The position numbers were made by a program, and so were the translations under genes. This document shows, one piece after another, positions 11,526 to 23,622 of a stretch of DNA of 30,456 nt. A model generated the notes under the pieces. It saw only the letters and a program-made list of their open reading frames with translations. It was not told the origin of the DNA and did not search any database. The stretch is from Octopus sinensis (lineage: Eukaryota). The first letter of the stretch is position 1; the number at the start of each line of letters is the position of its first letter. The stretch is taken from the NCBI RefSeq assembly GCF_006345805.1, contig NW_021832662.1, positions 1-30,456 of the forward strand, written 5' to 3'.

Positions 11526-11924
11526 TGCATACATACATACATACATACGTACGTCCATCCATCCATCCATACATACATACATACATTCATTCATACATAC
11601 ATACATACATACATACATACATACATCATACATACGTACGTTCATCCATCCATCCATACATACATACATACATTCATACATACATACATACATACATACA
11701 TACATACATCCATCCATCCATCCATCCATCCATCCATCCATCCATACACACATACATACATACATTCATACATACATACATACATACATTCATACATACA
11801 TACAAACAAAACATATATGCATGTATATGTACTTTTACGCATACACTGATGTCTGTGTATCTTTTATCTTTTACTAACTTCATCCAAAACAGAAGGCCAT
11901 GCTGGAGTATCGCCTTTCCATACG

Positions 11925-12045
11925 TCACGTGATCACGAGACCGACTAGGCTATCAGATGTTGTTACACATCGCTGGTCACAATGCGCTTTTGCATTGTTT
12001 TAGCCTTCAAATGACGCCACCTCGCTGGTTAGGCGAGCAGGTCAA
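11925..12045 (-). mobile_element. SINE 3' fragment (same tail as 1215-1430)
   Basis: atcagatgttgttacacatcgctggtcacaatgc..ttgttttagccttc match. Confidence 0.7.
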
Positions 12046-12709
12046 CATTCCCCTCTCCCCGATCGAAAGGGGGATTGGATCTATCACGCATCCATTTCCA
12101 AGTAAGTTTATCTTAACCTATTTGATGCGACTCTACTCGATATTGTTTCTCCCCCATCCTTCTCTAATTCCCTTTTTCTCCTTTTCACCGTTTTCTTTCT
12201 GCTTCTCCTCCTCTTTCTCTTTTTATTTCTCTCTCTCTCGTTGCTCACACGCAACCAACGTCCATATTTCTTTACCTCACGTGACCATCTTTCTTATCCT
12301 GCACGGACGTTCTAAGGACTGGACGTCTCCTATCTCTTTCCTCTATCTTTTCTCTTTTCAAAGAAAATATTTCTCTCAGCGTTCACTATTTCCACCCCCT
12401 CGTTCTGGCCTAACGACCCTCCATGTTTGTTTTCGTTCGGTTTCCTTGTATGTCTCCACTGTCCTGTTTTGTTCCCAACTTTGACCCTCCATAAATCCAA
12501 AATTTTATTTTGGTATTTATTCGAAGACTCATATTGTCATTGATTGCTCGAAATGGGGAGTAGACAGACAACTTATGGAGGGTCGCTCTTTGTATTCTTT
12601 GTATTAATTGTCGTGTTTTCTATTTTTTCGCATTGTTTGCGTGTTTAACTCATTTGTTTTCGTATTTCATGGTGTTTACTGTTGGTGACGTCCTGTACCC
12701 ATATATGCA

Positions 12710-12729
<20 letters not shown>

Positions 12730-12740
<11 letters not shown>

Positions 12741-13290
12741 GGTGGCCGCCCCCTCGTTATCGAGTATGGCCATTGCACGAAGCTTAATCAATGTTGTTAT
12801 CGTGCAATACCTGTGCAAGAAGATTTTTTTAAAGTGAGGAAAGGCTGTGCACTGAGTCAATCCCACTCACTAAGCAACAGCAGTCATAATCCGAAAAGAA
12901 GAACAAGGCAACATCATCGGTAACCACTGAGACGCAGGTTTATGTCGGAGTTATCCCAGTTACCTGAGTTACCTTCTCCTTGAAGGATGCCCAAACAAAT
13001 GCTAGGAGTCCTTCACCCCCAATGGTTTAACCGCGCGATCGGGTATTCAGTCCGATTATTTCTATGTCTCCGCACATGATACAGCCTTTATTGATGCAGA
13101 CATTTATTGGATGGCCGTTGACTCTCAAGAGTTCCTCCGCCCTTTGACGGGTTTTGTTTTCATCCCGCAGGGTGTCCAATAAACACCCTTCTCACCAAGC
13201 AAGCTTGGTGGGGTTGCCGGTTTAGTCACCGATGACCCGACCATGTACTGGGTTACATGTTACCTGTAGCACTCGAAAGTGACCTGACAC
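12730..13290. repeat. Probable unclassified, hairpin-rich interspersed repeat
   Basis: GC-richer ~560 bp block with sharp microsatellite boundaries and several short stems; only one copy in the window. Confidence 0.4.
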
Positions 13291-13447
13291 AAATATATAT
13301 ACATAAATACATACATACACTCATACATACATACATACATACATGCATACATACATACATACATGCATACATACATACATACATACATCATACATACATA
13401 CTACATACATACATACATCATATATATATATTATATATATATATATC

Positions 13448-13489
<42 letters not shown>

Positions 13490-14295
13490 TCTGCGTAAGG
13501 TAAGAAATGGTGACGAGTGGAATTTTTGTAAATATAATTATAACCTTAATCTTATAAGTTTTTACCGCATATTGACACCAGAAAATAGTGTAATATAGTG
13601 GCATTAGGGTTTATATACCACAATATTAAACTATTTTCTATATTCAGTATACGGTGAAAGCTTAGGCCGCGAGCTGACACAACCGGTAGCACGTTGGACA
13701 AAATGCTTACCATATACATATATGAGATGTGGATTCTGAAAATCATGCACCTATCACAGAAAGCGCCTCTTACGGACTCGACTAACAGTTAACATAGCCG
13801 GCTTTGTTTGTTTGCCTTAATTTATGAATATAAAATGTACTGTATAATGTTGAGCATACATATCAATGCAAACATGTAATCATAGTTTATTGCCAGCTGA
13901 AATTAATACTGCATGAAGAAAGCTGCGAAATAGCCATAATCCTATGAAAGTCGCGTGTTTAAATAAAGATACACTCACTTCTCATAGCTCCTCGCTTTAC
14001 CTTGGTATGCCATAAAGGCACTGCCTGAGGATTGCGCGAAGGCACTAGACGTGTTGAAAAATGCTGTCTGCGATGTTTTCATCGCATGAAACTATTAGTT
14101 GCTCATAAAAATATATATTGTGGTTATCAAATAATATTTATCTCTCACCAGATGAAGTGCTTTTTTTTGTTGACCTTACCATCACGGAACAATATATATA
14201 ATATATAATTAAAATATTATCATAATATTAAAATATATAAAATTATTAAGAATTATTATTGTTGTTATTGTTATTATTATTATGATCATCATCAT

Positions 14296-14843
14296 TGAAT
14301 GTGAGGGCAATACATACCATAAAAGGACACCGAGGTGTAAATATACGAAGCCCAATATACCTATCATGACAACTTGTCTGATAAGGGTACACCAGACATC
14401 ACGCAACCATATGTTCGCGACATGGTGCTCTCATATGAAGATAAATAGCGCATGACCTTGCAGGTGGGACCCAGTTAGAATTTTTCAGGTTGAGTAGCCC
14501 ATCTCGCTCAAAAGGTCCTTGAATAAGGTTTGTTTAAGGATATTGAACGAAACACCCATGTTTCCAGAGGTGAGTCATCCGAACCCCAAATAATTCCTCT
14601 CACCACATGGCTATAATGCTCCTCCGCTACTTCTGCTCGTGATCAGAGATGTACATATCGTCAGCCACTAAGGGACATGCTCAACTGGTTAAGGTCAAAC
14701 AACTGACAAGCAAATCTGTGGTATTGAGCAGAATATTTGCTGTAGCCCATCTTTTATGCCAAGATATAACAAGCACATAATAACACTTCCAATCTGTTAA
14801 GATCAAAAACCAAAAGAGCCACTGCCTGGTACTGCATCAGGGT
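14296..14843 (-). mobile_element. ~550 bp non-coding interspersed element in ATT/ATC microsatellite, copy 1
   Basis: Colinear end to end with 27074-27630; trinucleotide repeats on both flanks. Strand is inferred from the (AAT)n end. Confidence 0.85.
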
Positions 14844-15189
14844 ATTTATTATCATCATCATCATCATCATCACTACCATCGTCGTCGTCGTCGTCATCAT
14901 CATCATCATCATCATCATGTTTGTGTTTATTTGTACTTTCATCGTAATGTGGAAAGATGAAAGGAGAAGTCGACTCCGATGTGAGATTTTTTTCAATATT
15001 TCGTAGACTAAATACTGTAAAGTATTTAAGGCCGGCGCCTCCCCGTTTCCGCCACCTCCTCACCTCGTCTAATAAGAAGTCGTTATTGATGTAAAAAAGG
15101 AAATGAAAATATAAAACGACATGACTTTGAAAGAAAATGGTTGATGCATCAAAGCAGGATATGACAACTTAACTAACTACAGGTCGCCA

Positions 15190-15474
15190 TCTTGTCCCAC
15201 CCTGTCTATCTTTTCTCTCAAATATACATACACTCCTACTCACATATATGCATATATATATATACGCATATACATACAAACGCATATTTATATATATATA
15301 TATATATATATACATACGCATATATATACATATACAAACATAGTTATATATGCGTGTATGTGTATGTATACTTAAATCTTTATTTCCATATTTTCATATA
15401 TATATATATATATGCTCATACACATATATTCATACATATGTATACCCACCTATATTTATATACATATATATATA

Positions 15475-15519
<45 letters not shown>

Positions 15520-15950
15520 TTACATACGTACACATATACACACACATGCATACATTCACACTAACATGCATACACACATGTACATGTATACATGCACCTA
15601 CATACATACGTACATACAAACACATACTTACAAACACATACACACATACACATACAAACATACATTCAAACATATATACATTATAACGTACATAAATACA
15701 CCCATACATATATGCATACATACGAACGTACAAAGATACACATATACTCATTTACATACATATACGTACGTACATACATACATACATACATACATACATA
15801 CATACATACATACATACATACATACATACATACATACATACATACATACATACATACATACATACATACGTACGTACGTACTACAAACATACGTACATAC
15901 ATAGATGTATACATACATGCATATACATACATATACATATGTCTACACAT
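15190..15950. repeat. Compound (TA)n/(CATA)n microsatellite
   Basis: Direct reading; other TATG/CATA arrays at 10755-10960, 11525-11805, 13295-13490 and 21775-21875. Confidence 0.95.
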
Positions 15951-16329
15951 ATGCACGACACCTTCCAAATGCCTGGCGAATCATACAAAATCAGACATCA
16001 CACCAACTAACCATCACACTTCAAACTGAGAATTAGTAAAATCTGATCCGTGTAATAATAATGATTTTTACATTTGGCTTTAGTATCCCGTTGCATTTAA
16101 GAATATTTAATGTTGCATATCCTATTCGCATGAGAGACATTTACCAAAATCTTCGTTGTTGACTAGCAAGGAATAACGACACATTTGTAAAGAATATTAA
16201 TGTCAATGTTATGATTGTTCTCGATTAATATAGAACACAGTTCTGTCATAGACTAATTAAGGTATATAACAGGCTTCGTGATTTTCTCTTTAAGACTATT
16301 ATTATATACTCGGCAGAAACCACCCAGGA

Positions 16330-16389
16330 GATCTTGTTGTTGCAAACAACTATGGCTGTCGTTGGTGTTGCTGTTGTTACTGCTGCTGC

Positions 16390-16420
<31 letters not shown>

Positions 16421-16677
16421 GATGTTGATGTTCTTGTGATTATTGCGCGCTTGTTGTTGATGTTCTCACTGTCGCTGCTGCTGTCGGCGTTGTTTTTGTT
16501 TAGCACCAGGCCAGACTTGATTGAGCAGACAGATCCGTCGTTGCATCCAGCCGTAGAAAAAAATATTTTTGTTGCTGGTATTGCTATTGTTGATGTTGAT
16601 GTTGTTGATGTTGTTGTTGTTGTTGTGGCTTTTTTTGCCCTTATTGTTACTTTTGTTATTGTTGTTGCTGTTGTTGA

Positions 16678-16711
<34 letters not shown>

Positions 16712-16890
16712 ATTGTTGTTGTTGTTCCTGCTGTTGCTGTTGTTTTTGTTTAGTACCAGGCCAGAAATGATCGAGCAGACAGATCCGTCATTGCATCTAG
16801 CCGTAGAAAAATCGTTTTTGTTGCTGTTGTCGCATTTGTTGCTGTTGTCATTGCTGTTTCTGTTTTTATTGCTGCTGTTGCTGCTGCTGC
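16330..16890. repeat. (GTT/GCT)n arrays interrupted by a repeated ~65 bp module
   Basis: Module tttttgtttag.accaggccaga..tgat.gagcagacagatccgtc.ttgcatc.agccgtagaaaaa at ~16494 and ~16742. Confidence 0.85.
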
Positions 16891-16894
16891 TGTT

Positions 16895-17249
16895 GAGCGA
16901 AGCGATCTTCGTCCTCTTGGGAGAAGTCCGAAACGTGGTCCTTTGCTATTCGTAAGACCCGCAGAAGAGAAAGCAGGTCAACCCCCGACACCGAGAGCTT
17001 CGACGGATGGATGAATGCGCATCCAGGCTCAGCGGTTGCGTAGGAAGTCGGGGACAAGAAACAGGAAGAAAGAGTGAGAGAAAGTCGGAGCGAAAGAGTA
17101 CAACAGGGGTCGCCACCACCCCTGCTGGAGACTCGTGAAGCTTTAGGTGTTTTCGCTCAATAAACACACACAACGCCCATTCTGGGAATCGAAACCGCGA
17201 TCCTTCGACCGCGAGTCCGCTTCCCTAACCATTGGGCCATTGCGCCTCC
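16895..17249 (-). mobile_element. tRNA-derived SINE family B
   Basis: Reverse-complement homologue of 7565-7935, with B-box-like GGTTTCGATTCC. Confidence 0.8.
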
Positions 17250-17393
17250 ACTGTTGCTGCTGCTCATGCTGTTGCTGTTTTTGTTTAACACCAGGTCAAA
17301 CCTGATCGAGTAGACAGATGATCAATGCATCTAGCCGTGTCCACTTCAGACATTCTATAACTTTGGACACGTTATCAGCGTATTCCTTTTTTT

Positions 17394-17633
17394 TCACTCT
17401 TTTACTCTTTTACTTGTTTCAGTCATTTGACTGTGGCCATGCTGGAGCACCGCCTTTAGTCGACCAAATCTGTCGGTCTCTTTTGCCGAACCGCTGCTAA
17501 GTTACGGGGACGTAAACACACCAGCATCGGTTGTCAATCGATGTTAGGGGGACAAACACACACAAACACACACACACAAACACACAAACACACACACACA
17601 CACAAACACACACAAACACACACAAACACACAA

Positions 17634-17672
<39 letters not shown>

Positions 17673-17860
17673 CGTATATATATATACATACATATATACG
17701 ACGGGCTTCTTTCAGTTTCCGTCTACCAAATCCTCTCACAAGGCTTTGGTCGACCCGAGGCAATAGTAGAAGACACTTGCCCCAGGTGCCACGCAGTGGG
17801 ACTGAACCCGAACCATGTGGTTCGTTAGCAAGCTATTTACCACACAGCCACTCCTACGCC
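17394..17860 (-). mobile_element. Full-length tRNA-derived SINE (family A) with internal (CA)/(TA) microsatellite
   Basis: Head GGCGTAGGAGTGGCTGTGTGGT..GGTTCAGTCCC (A/B-box-like), internal microsatellite, (AGTAAAAG)n tail; several homologues in the window. Confidence 0.85.
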
Positions 17861-18580
17861 TATGTAGCGAAGCTTTCGAGGCGCACAACGACGGCGACAG
17901 CAAGGGCGAGGGCGCTCACTTAAGGGCGGGCGGGGAACCGAAATTTTAATTTCTTTTATTAAAGATGGTAATGTCTGACTTGAGGGACGGTTGTCTTCTA
18001 TCTCTAGCAGACCCTGAAACCAACCCCACGGCCACCTAAACGTTTAGTCCTTAGATCGACCACACAGAAGTTACGTAACAAAACCGTGTCATCTTACTAG
18101 ATAGCGGTAAAACGCAATGGTTTTGTTACACAGAATTTCGTAAGCATATAATTCCACTCACTGTAAAACTTGCCTCTGTTTATTTAGCTTTTAATGCAGA
18201 GTTCGGCTGTTATTGTCGTCGTTATCGTTGCAGTTGTTATTGTTATTATTGTCATTGCTGTTGTCGTTGTCGTAGTGGGAATAGCTGTTACTGGTTATGG
18301 TGCTGTTCTATAGACAAAGGTCTATTCCTGATGAGGCTTATCTGTGATCAAAGGTATAAAATATATGATAAACAAACCCGTAACAAACTTTAACTGACGG
18401 TGACCCTATATATATATGATCATCACCGATGTGTTTTGTTTATGTACTTATTAGCTGCGAGATTGCGTTAGGGGAAAAGTCCCTTTAAGATGTCGAGTGT
18501 TAAAAGATACTGAATACCTCAATCCAAGCGAAGCAACTCGCTCTGTAGGTGATCGAGGGCGATGAATGTCGATACCCTGT

Positions 18581-18681
18581 TTTATTCCACAGAAACCTAC
18601 AGACATGTTTCTTCTTAATCTAATCCCCAGGTGTAACAAAGTTGGCCCTTGAAATGTCTGGTGCAGTCGCCCATCCGATGG
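18581..18681 (-). repeat. Old repeat fragment related to the family C central domain; sister copy at 19782-19886
   Basis: The two segments align by eye (ccacagaaa..ggtgtaac.aag..ccctt.gaa..ggtgcagtcg.ccat) and resemble 20830-20915. Confidence 0.5.
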
Positions 18682-18720
18682 TTATCCCAGTTTCCATCGA
18701 TCTAATTCCACTAACAACAA

Positions 18721-18941
18721 CCCCTTCAGGGTTGGCGAAAGCGGTGTGGTGGACAACGAAAAACCTGGCTGATGACAGTCAAGGCTGATCTGTAACCCAA
18801 CCTAGGCCCCTATATCTATGGCGTTCGCCGCTGGAATAAGGAGTGGTTGGAGATCACACGGTCGTTAGCCTCAAATCGCCAGGCCTGGTCGGCGTTTGTG
18901 AGAGATGCAGCATTGAGGATGAATGAAGTGAGGTGAATGCT

Positions 18942-18973
<32 letters not shown>

Positions 18974-19057
18974 AAGAAGAAGAAGAAGAAGAAGAAGAAG
19001 AAGAAGAAGAAGAAGAAGAAGAAGAAGAACAACAACAACAACAACAACAACAACAAC
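18721..19057 (+). mobile_element. RTE-type LINE 3' end with (GAA)n(CAA)n tail
   Basis: Translates GWRKRCGGQRKTWLMTVKADL*PNLGPYIYGVRRWNKEWLEITRSLASNRQAWSAFVRDA, resembling the RTE C-terminal W..A.DR..W motif; simple-repeat tail at 18944-19057. Confidence 0.7.
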
Positions 19058-19200
19058 GTCGAAAAATACCTTAGGAATGATAACCCAGGTTCGAAATTTC
19101 CCCAAGACACCTGATGAAGGATGGAGGGTATATCAGCCGAGACGTTGTGTTAAGAACAAACAAGATGAGGAGAAATATCCGTCAAATGTAAATAATGGAC
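19058..19200 (+). mobile_element. Hammerhead-bearing repeat, family H2 (motif at 19106-19151, decayed)
   Basis: GACAC-CUGAUGA-A-GGAUG(10 nt)CAGCC-GAG-AC/GU-U-GUGUU; one stem II mismatch and GAA>GAG in the core; follows a (CAA)n tract. Confidence 0.55.
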
Positions 19201-20065
19201 TCTACTAGAAAGCTGCATCGGCCCAAATCCGCAGAATTTCCTTTGGTTTAACATCAGTGGCATAGACAAGGAATACCTGCATGTGTGAGTAAGGTCAAGT
19301 ATGGGGGCATGCGCAGTTGCATTTTGGCGTTGCACTCACCATTTGTCAGTATTTGCTCGGGTCGTCCCTGCCAACTCACCTGTCAGGCGCCATCTCTGCG
19401 AGGTACTTTTCTCATTCGCTCTGACTCTGTGGAAAGTGGTCACCCAACACGAAGCACCACTCCAGTCGGATCTGCAAAGAAGAGAACACAATACGCAGGA
19501 TTCAACACAGAGAACCGAGCCATATGGTCAAAACCGGGTTTGCAGGATCTGCCTGAGATAGAAGTCAAACATTCTTTAAGTCAGATGTTACAATCTTTAA
19601 TATAAAAGATTTTTTAAAGGGTGGGGCGAAACCCACAGACAATGTCTCTCCAGCTGTGCAAGCTCTGAATATATGTGGCTCGATTTTCCGATTTAGTTTT
19701 GCAGGAGTGACTTAAAGATCTTGCTCAGGCCTGCGCATACATGTGAAGATGCGTGGTGATCCTGAACCGAAGGAGACCTTATATTATCCCACAGAAATCC
19801 ACAGAGATGTATCTCTTTTAACCTAAACCTCGGGTGTAACGAAGCTAACCCTTTGAAGTACAGGTGCAGTCGTCCATTCGACCGGTTCCCGCAAGTCTTC
19901 TGAATATTTACAGCAGTGTGGAGGGCACTAACAGTTTTTAGGGTCTAGATGTGACAGAATCGGGTAGAAAATAGCTGCTGAAGCAAGCAGTGAAATCGAA
20001 TCGCAACATCTTGGTTTTGAAGCGACCAACTTAAACACACGGCCATAATGTGCAACCAATCATCA

Positions 20066-20265
20066 TCATCATTATTCAACCGTGGTCGAGACAATGGAAT
20101 TTACTATGTTATGCCAGACTTCACAGTCCATCATAGCATTATGGAGGTCCTGTTGCTGGATGCCTGTATCCCTGGAGATTACATCAGGGCAGGAGATTGT
20201 GCGCCTTCTGGTATCGCGAGCAGATGGCTTCCAGAGGAGAAGAGTAAAGAAAAAAGTATTCAAGG
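20066..20265 (-). mobile_element. RTE-like LINE 3' end with (TGA)n tail
   Basis: LLWKPSARDTRRRTISCPDVISRDTGIQQQDLHNAMMDCEVWHNIVNSIVSTTVE* followed directly by (TGA)n. Confidence 0.65.
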
Positions 20266-20740
20266 ACCAGATGTGATAAATTCGGGAAGAAAATACTTGC
20301 TCAATGTGCTGCAGAATGAGTTCGAATCGAAACCAAAACCACTTTGTACTGAAGCGACAATTTTAACCCAATGGCCGTACAGCACATATATATCTTACAA
20401 GTTGAAATTTTTATCGCCTGTTTTGATTCTTGTTCTGTTTTACGTTACAGCATAAAAGAATTTAAAAAATAATGATCTCTAGCGCTAAAACAAACAAAGG
20501 TCGAACATAATTTTAAGTAGGACGAGAGCCAACGAAATTAATGCTCAGTAAAAGAGTGATACCTTATTGCAATGACGCCTGTATGATGAAAGCAAGCAGT
20601 CTATTCAGGTAGTTAAAATTAGTGTCGACATTTTTAATGTAGGGAGCTTTAAATAGCTAATTATGTATAATTATATGGAGACGAAACGTGAACATGTCTG
20701 CGCATTTGTCTGTTTTTCTATCTGTTTATAAATCCTAAAG

Positions 20741-21055
20741 ACTCCGCCGGTTACGACGACGAGGGTCCCAGCTGATACGATAAACGGAACAGCTTGCTCG
20801 TGAAATTAACGTGCAAATGGCTGAGCATTCCACAGACACGTGTACCCTTAACGTAGTTCTCGGGGATAATCAGCGTGACACAGAGAGTGACAAGGCTGAC
20901 CCTTTGAAATACAAGTACAACTCATTTTTGCCAGCTGAGTGAACTGGAGCAACGTGAAATAAAGTGTCTTGCTCAAGGACACAACGCGTCGCCGGGAATC
21001 GAACTCACAACCTTACGATCATGAGCCGAATGCCCTAACCACTAAGCCACGCGCC
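20741..21055 (-). mobile_element. Full-length tRNA-derived SINE (family C) with probable 14-bp TSD
   Basis: Head GGCGCGTGGCTTAGTGGTTAGGGC..GAGTTCGATTCCC; CORE-like ttgagcaagacactt..ctcag..aaaatgag; direct repeat ATCTGTTTATAAAT at 20720-20733 and 21061-21074. Confidence 0.8.
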
Positions 21056-21267
21056 ATCACATCTGTTTATAAATACACACACTCAAACACACGGATACAC
21101 AAGCACACACACACACATATGCATACACGCATACGTATACATATGTCTGTGTGAGCGTGTGTGTATGTATGTATTCTCGTAATAAGGATATATAAATTCG
21201 GAAGTGTATAAAATAATGTGCGTTTGTGTATGTATAGATATACATACAAAAATGTATAACGCAGACA

Positions 21268-21528
21268 TACTCTTTTACTCTTTTACTTGTTTCAGTCATT
21301 TGACTGTGGCCATGCTGGAGCATCACCTTTAGTCGAGCAAATCGACCCCCAGGACTTATTCTTTGTAAGCCTAGTATTTATTCTATCGGTATCTCTTTTG
21401 CCGAACCGCTAAGTTACGGGGACGTATACACACCAGCATCGGTTGTCAAGTGATGTAGGGGGGGAGCAAACACACACAAACACACACACACACCACACAC
21501 ACATATATATATATATATTATATATATA

Positions 21529-21561
<33 letters not shown>

Positions 21562-21724
21562 CTACGGGCTTTTTTCAGTTTTCGTCTACCAAATCCACTC
21601 ACAGGGCTTTGGTCGGCCCGAGGCTATAGCAGAAGACACTTGCTCAAGGTGCCACGCAGTAGGACTGAACCCGAAACCATGCGGTTTGTAAGCAAGCTAC
21701 TTACCACACAGCTACTCGTACGCC
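21268..21724 (-). mobile_element. Full-length SINE family A
   Basis: Colinear with 17394-17860 including head, internal microsatellite and tail. Confidence 0.85.
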
Positions 21725-21974
21725 TACATGCATAAATAAATGTAACTACATGGAGATATATTAACTAATGTGCATGTGTATGTGTGTGTGTATGTATGTA
21801 TGTATGTATGTATGTATGTATGTATGTATGTATGTATGTATGTATGTATGTATGTATGTATGTATGTATGTATGAATGCGTGTATCTATCTGTGTGCGTG
21901 TGTATACGTGTCTATGTATGTATATATTCATACATGTATATGTATATACATATATTTGCACACTAAATGCATGC

Positions 21975-22155
21975 GTAGTAAGTAACTTGCTTACCAGCTT
22001 TATGGTTCCGGGTTTAGTCCCACTGTGTGACACCTTGGGCAAGTGTCTTCTACTATAGCCATGGGTCGACTAAAGCCTTGTGAGTGGATTTGGTAGACGA
22101 AAACTTAAAGAAGTCCGTTGTATATATGTATGTGTGTGTGTGTATGTGTGTGTGT

Positions 22156-22202
<47 letters not shown>

Positions 22203-22415
22203 TGTGTCTGTGTTTGTCCCCCCAACATCGCTTGACAACCGATGCTGGTATGTTTACGTCCTCGTAACTTAGCGGTTCAGCAAAATAGACACCGATAGAA
22301 TAAGTACTAGGCTCACAAAGAATAAGTCCTGGGAGGTGATTTGTTCGACTGTAGCTGGTGCTCCAGCATGGCCGCAGTCAAATGTTTGAAACAAATAAAA
22401 GAATAAAAGAATATG
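21975..22415 (+). mobile_element. Near full-length SINE family A
   Basis: Reverse-complement homologue of 21268-21724, with an eroded head. Confidence 0.8.
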
Positions 22416-22484
22416 CATGCACACATACATACATACATGCTTTCATAAATATATTCACCAGACGACAAACAACAAAAAGAACAA

Positions 22485-22519
<35 letters not shown>

Positions 22520-22989
22520 GAAGCAGCAGCAAATACCAAAGGAAGCCAATGCTGTATTTGTAGCTATGCGAAAAAAAGGCTTTTCCTCTTTTCGAATCGC
22601 ATGGATAAGCAAGCAGTTATTTCTATTTCCATTCTGTTTTCATGTTTCCATTTTTAAATTCCTTTTTTTTTTTTTTTTGTAGAGTAAAGCGTGGGGGAGG
22701 ACATGTTTAAAAAATAACGACATTATTATTGTTATTGTTATTGTTATTATTGTTGGGGTGGGTGGCGGCGGTGATGCTTGTTTTGTAAATGTTTTCAGTA
22801 TTGTTCGAATGTTTTTTTTTTTTCCCCTTGTTCATACTGATATAATCAACATCATTCACACAAAACATCGTTTAGCGTTTTAAATATACTTTATTTGATA
22901 TATTCGTCGTTTCTTGTCGAAAACAAAATAAGAAATAAAAAAACCCAATTAAGCAGCAATTAAACTGCCTTCATTTGCACAGAAATAGT

Positions 22990-23575
22990 TTGTGCGTATA
23001 TGTATATGTGTATGAGTATGCGTACGTATATGTATGTGTGTATAACTATGCGTGCGTATATGTATGTGAGCATAAATGTGCGCGCGTATATGTATGCAGC
23101 TAAAAGTATGCGTGCGTCACGCACACGTATACACGCATAAATATACTTATTGACACATACATACATACATACATACATACACGCATGCATACTTATACAC
23201 ACACACGCATACATATACGCACGCATACTTATACACACATACATATACGCACGCACACTTATACACGCATAGTGTGCGTCCATATATGTATGTGTGAAAA
23301 ATTATGCGTGCGTATAAGTATGCGTGCGTATATATATGTGTGTATAAGTATTCGTTTGTATATATGTATAAGTATGCGTGCATATATGTATGTGTGTATA
23401 AGTATGAGTGTGTGTATGTATGTGTTTATAAGTATTCGTGCGTATATGTATGTGTGTATAAGTGTGGATGCGTATATGTTTGTGTGTATAAGTATGCGTG
23501 CGTATATGTATGTGTGTCAATAAGTATGCGTGCGTATATGTATGCGTGCATATGTATGAGTGCGTATATGTATTA

Positions 23576-23622
<47 letters not shown>

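Noticed and set aside
13988-14095. Possible exon (plus LLALPWYAIKALPEDCAKALDVLKNAVCDVFIA*, or minus frame ending CAAG|GTAAAG)
   Set aside because: Both strands are equally plausible, there is no recognisable homology and the acceptors are weak.
17870-18130. GC-box-like gggcgggcgggg, TTACGTAA palindrome and an 11-bp inverted repeat (18075-18129)
   Set aside because: Short motifs without independent support.
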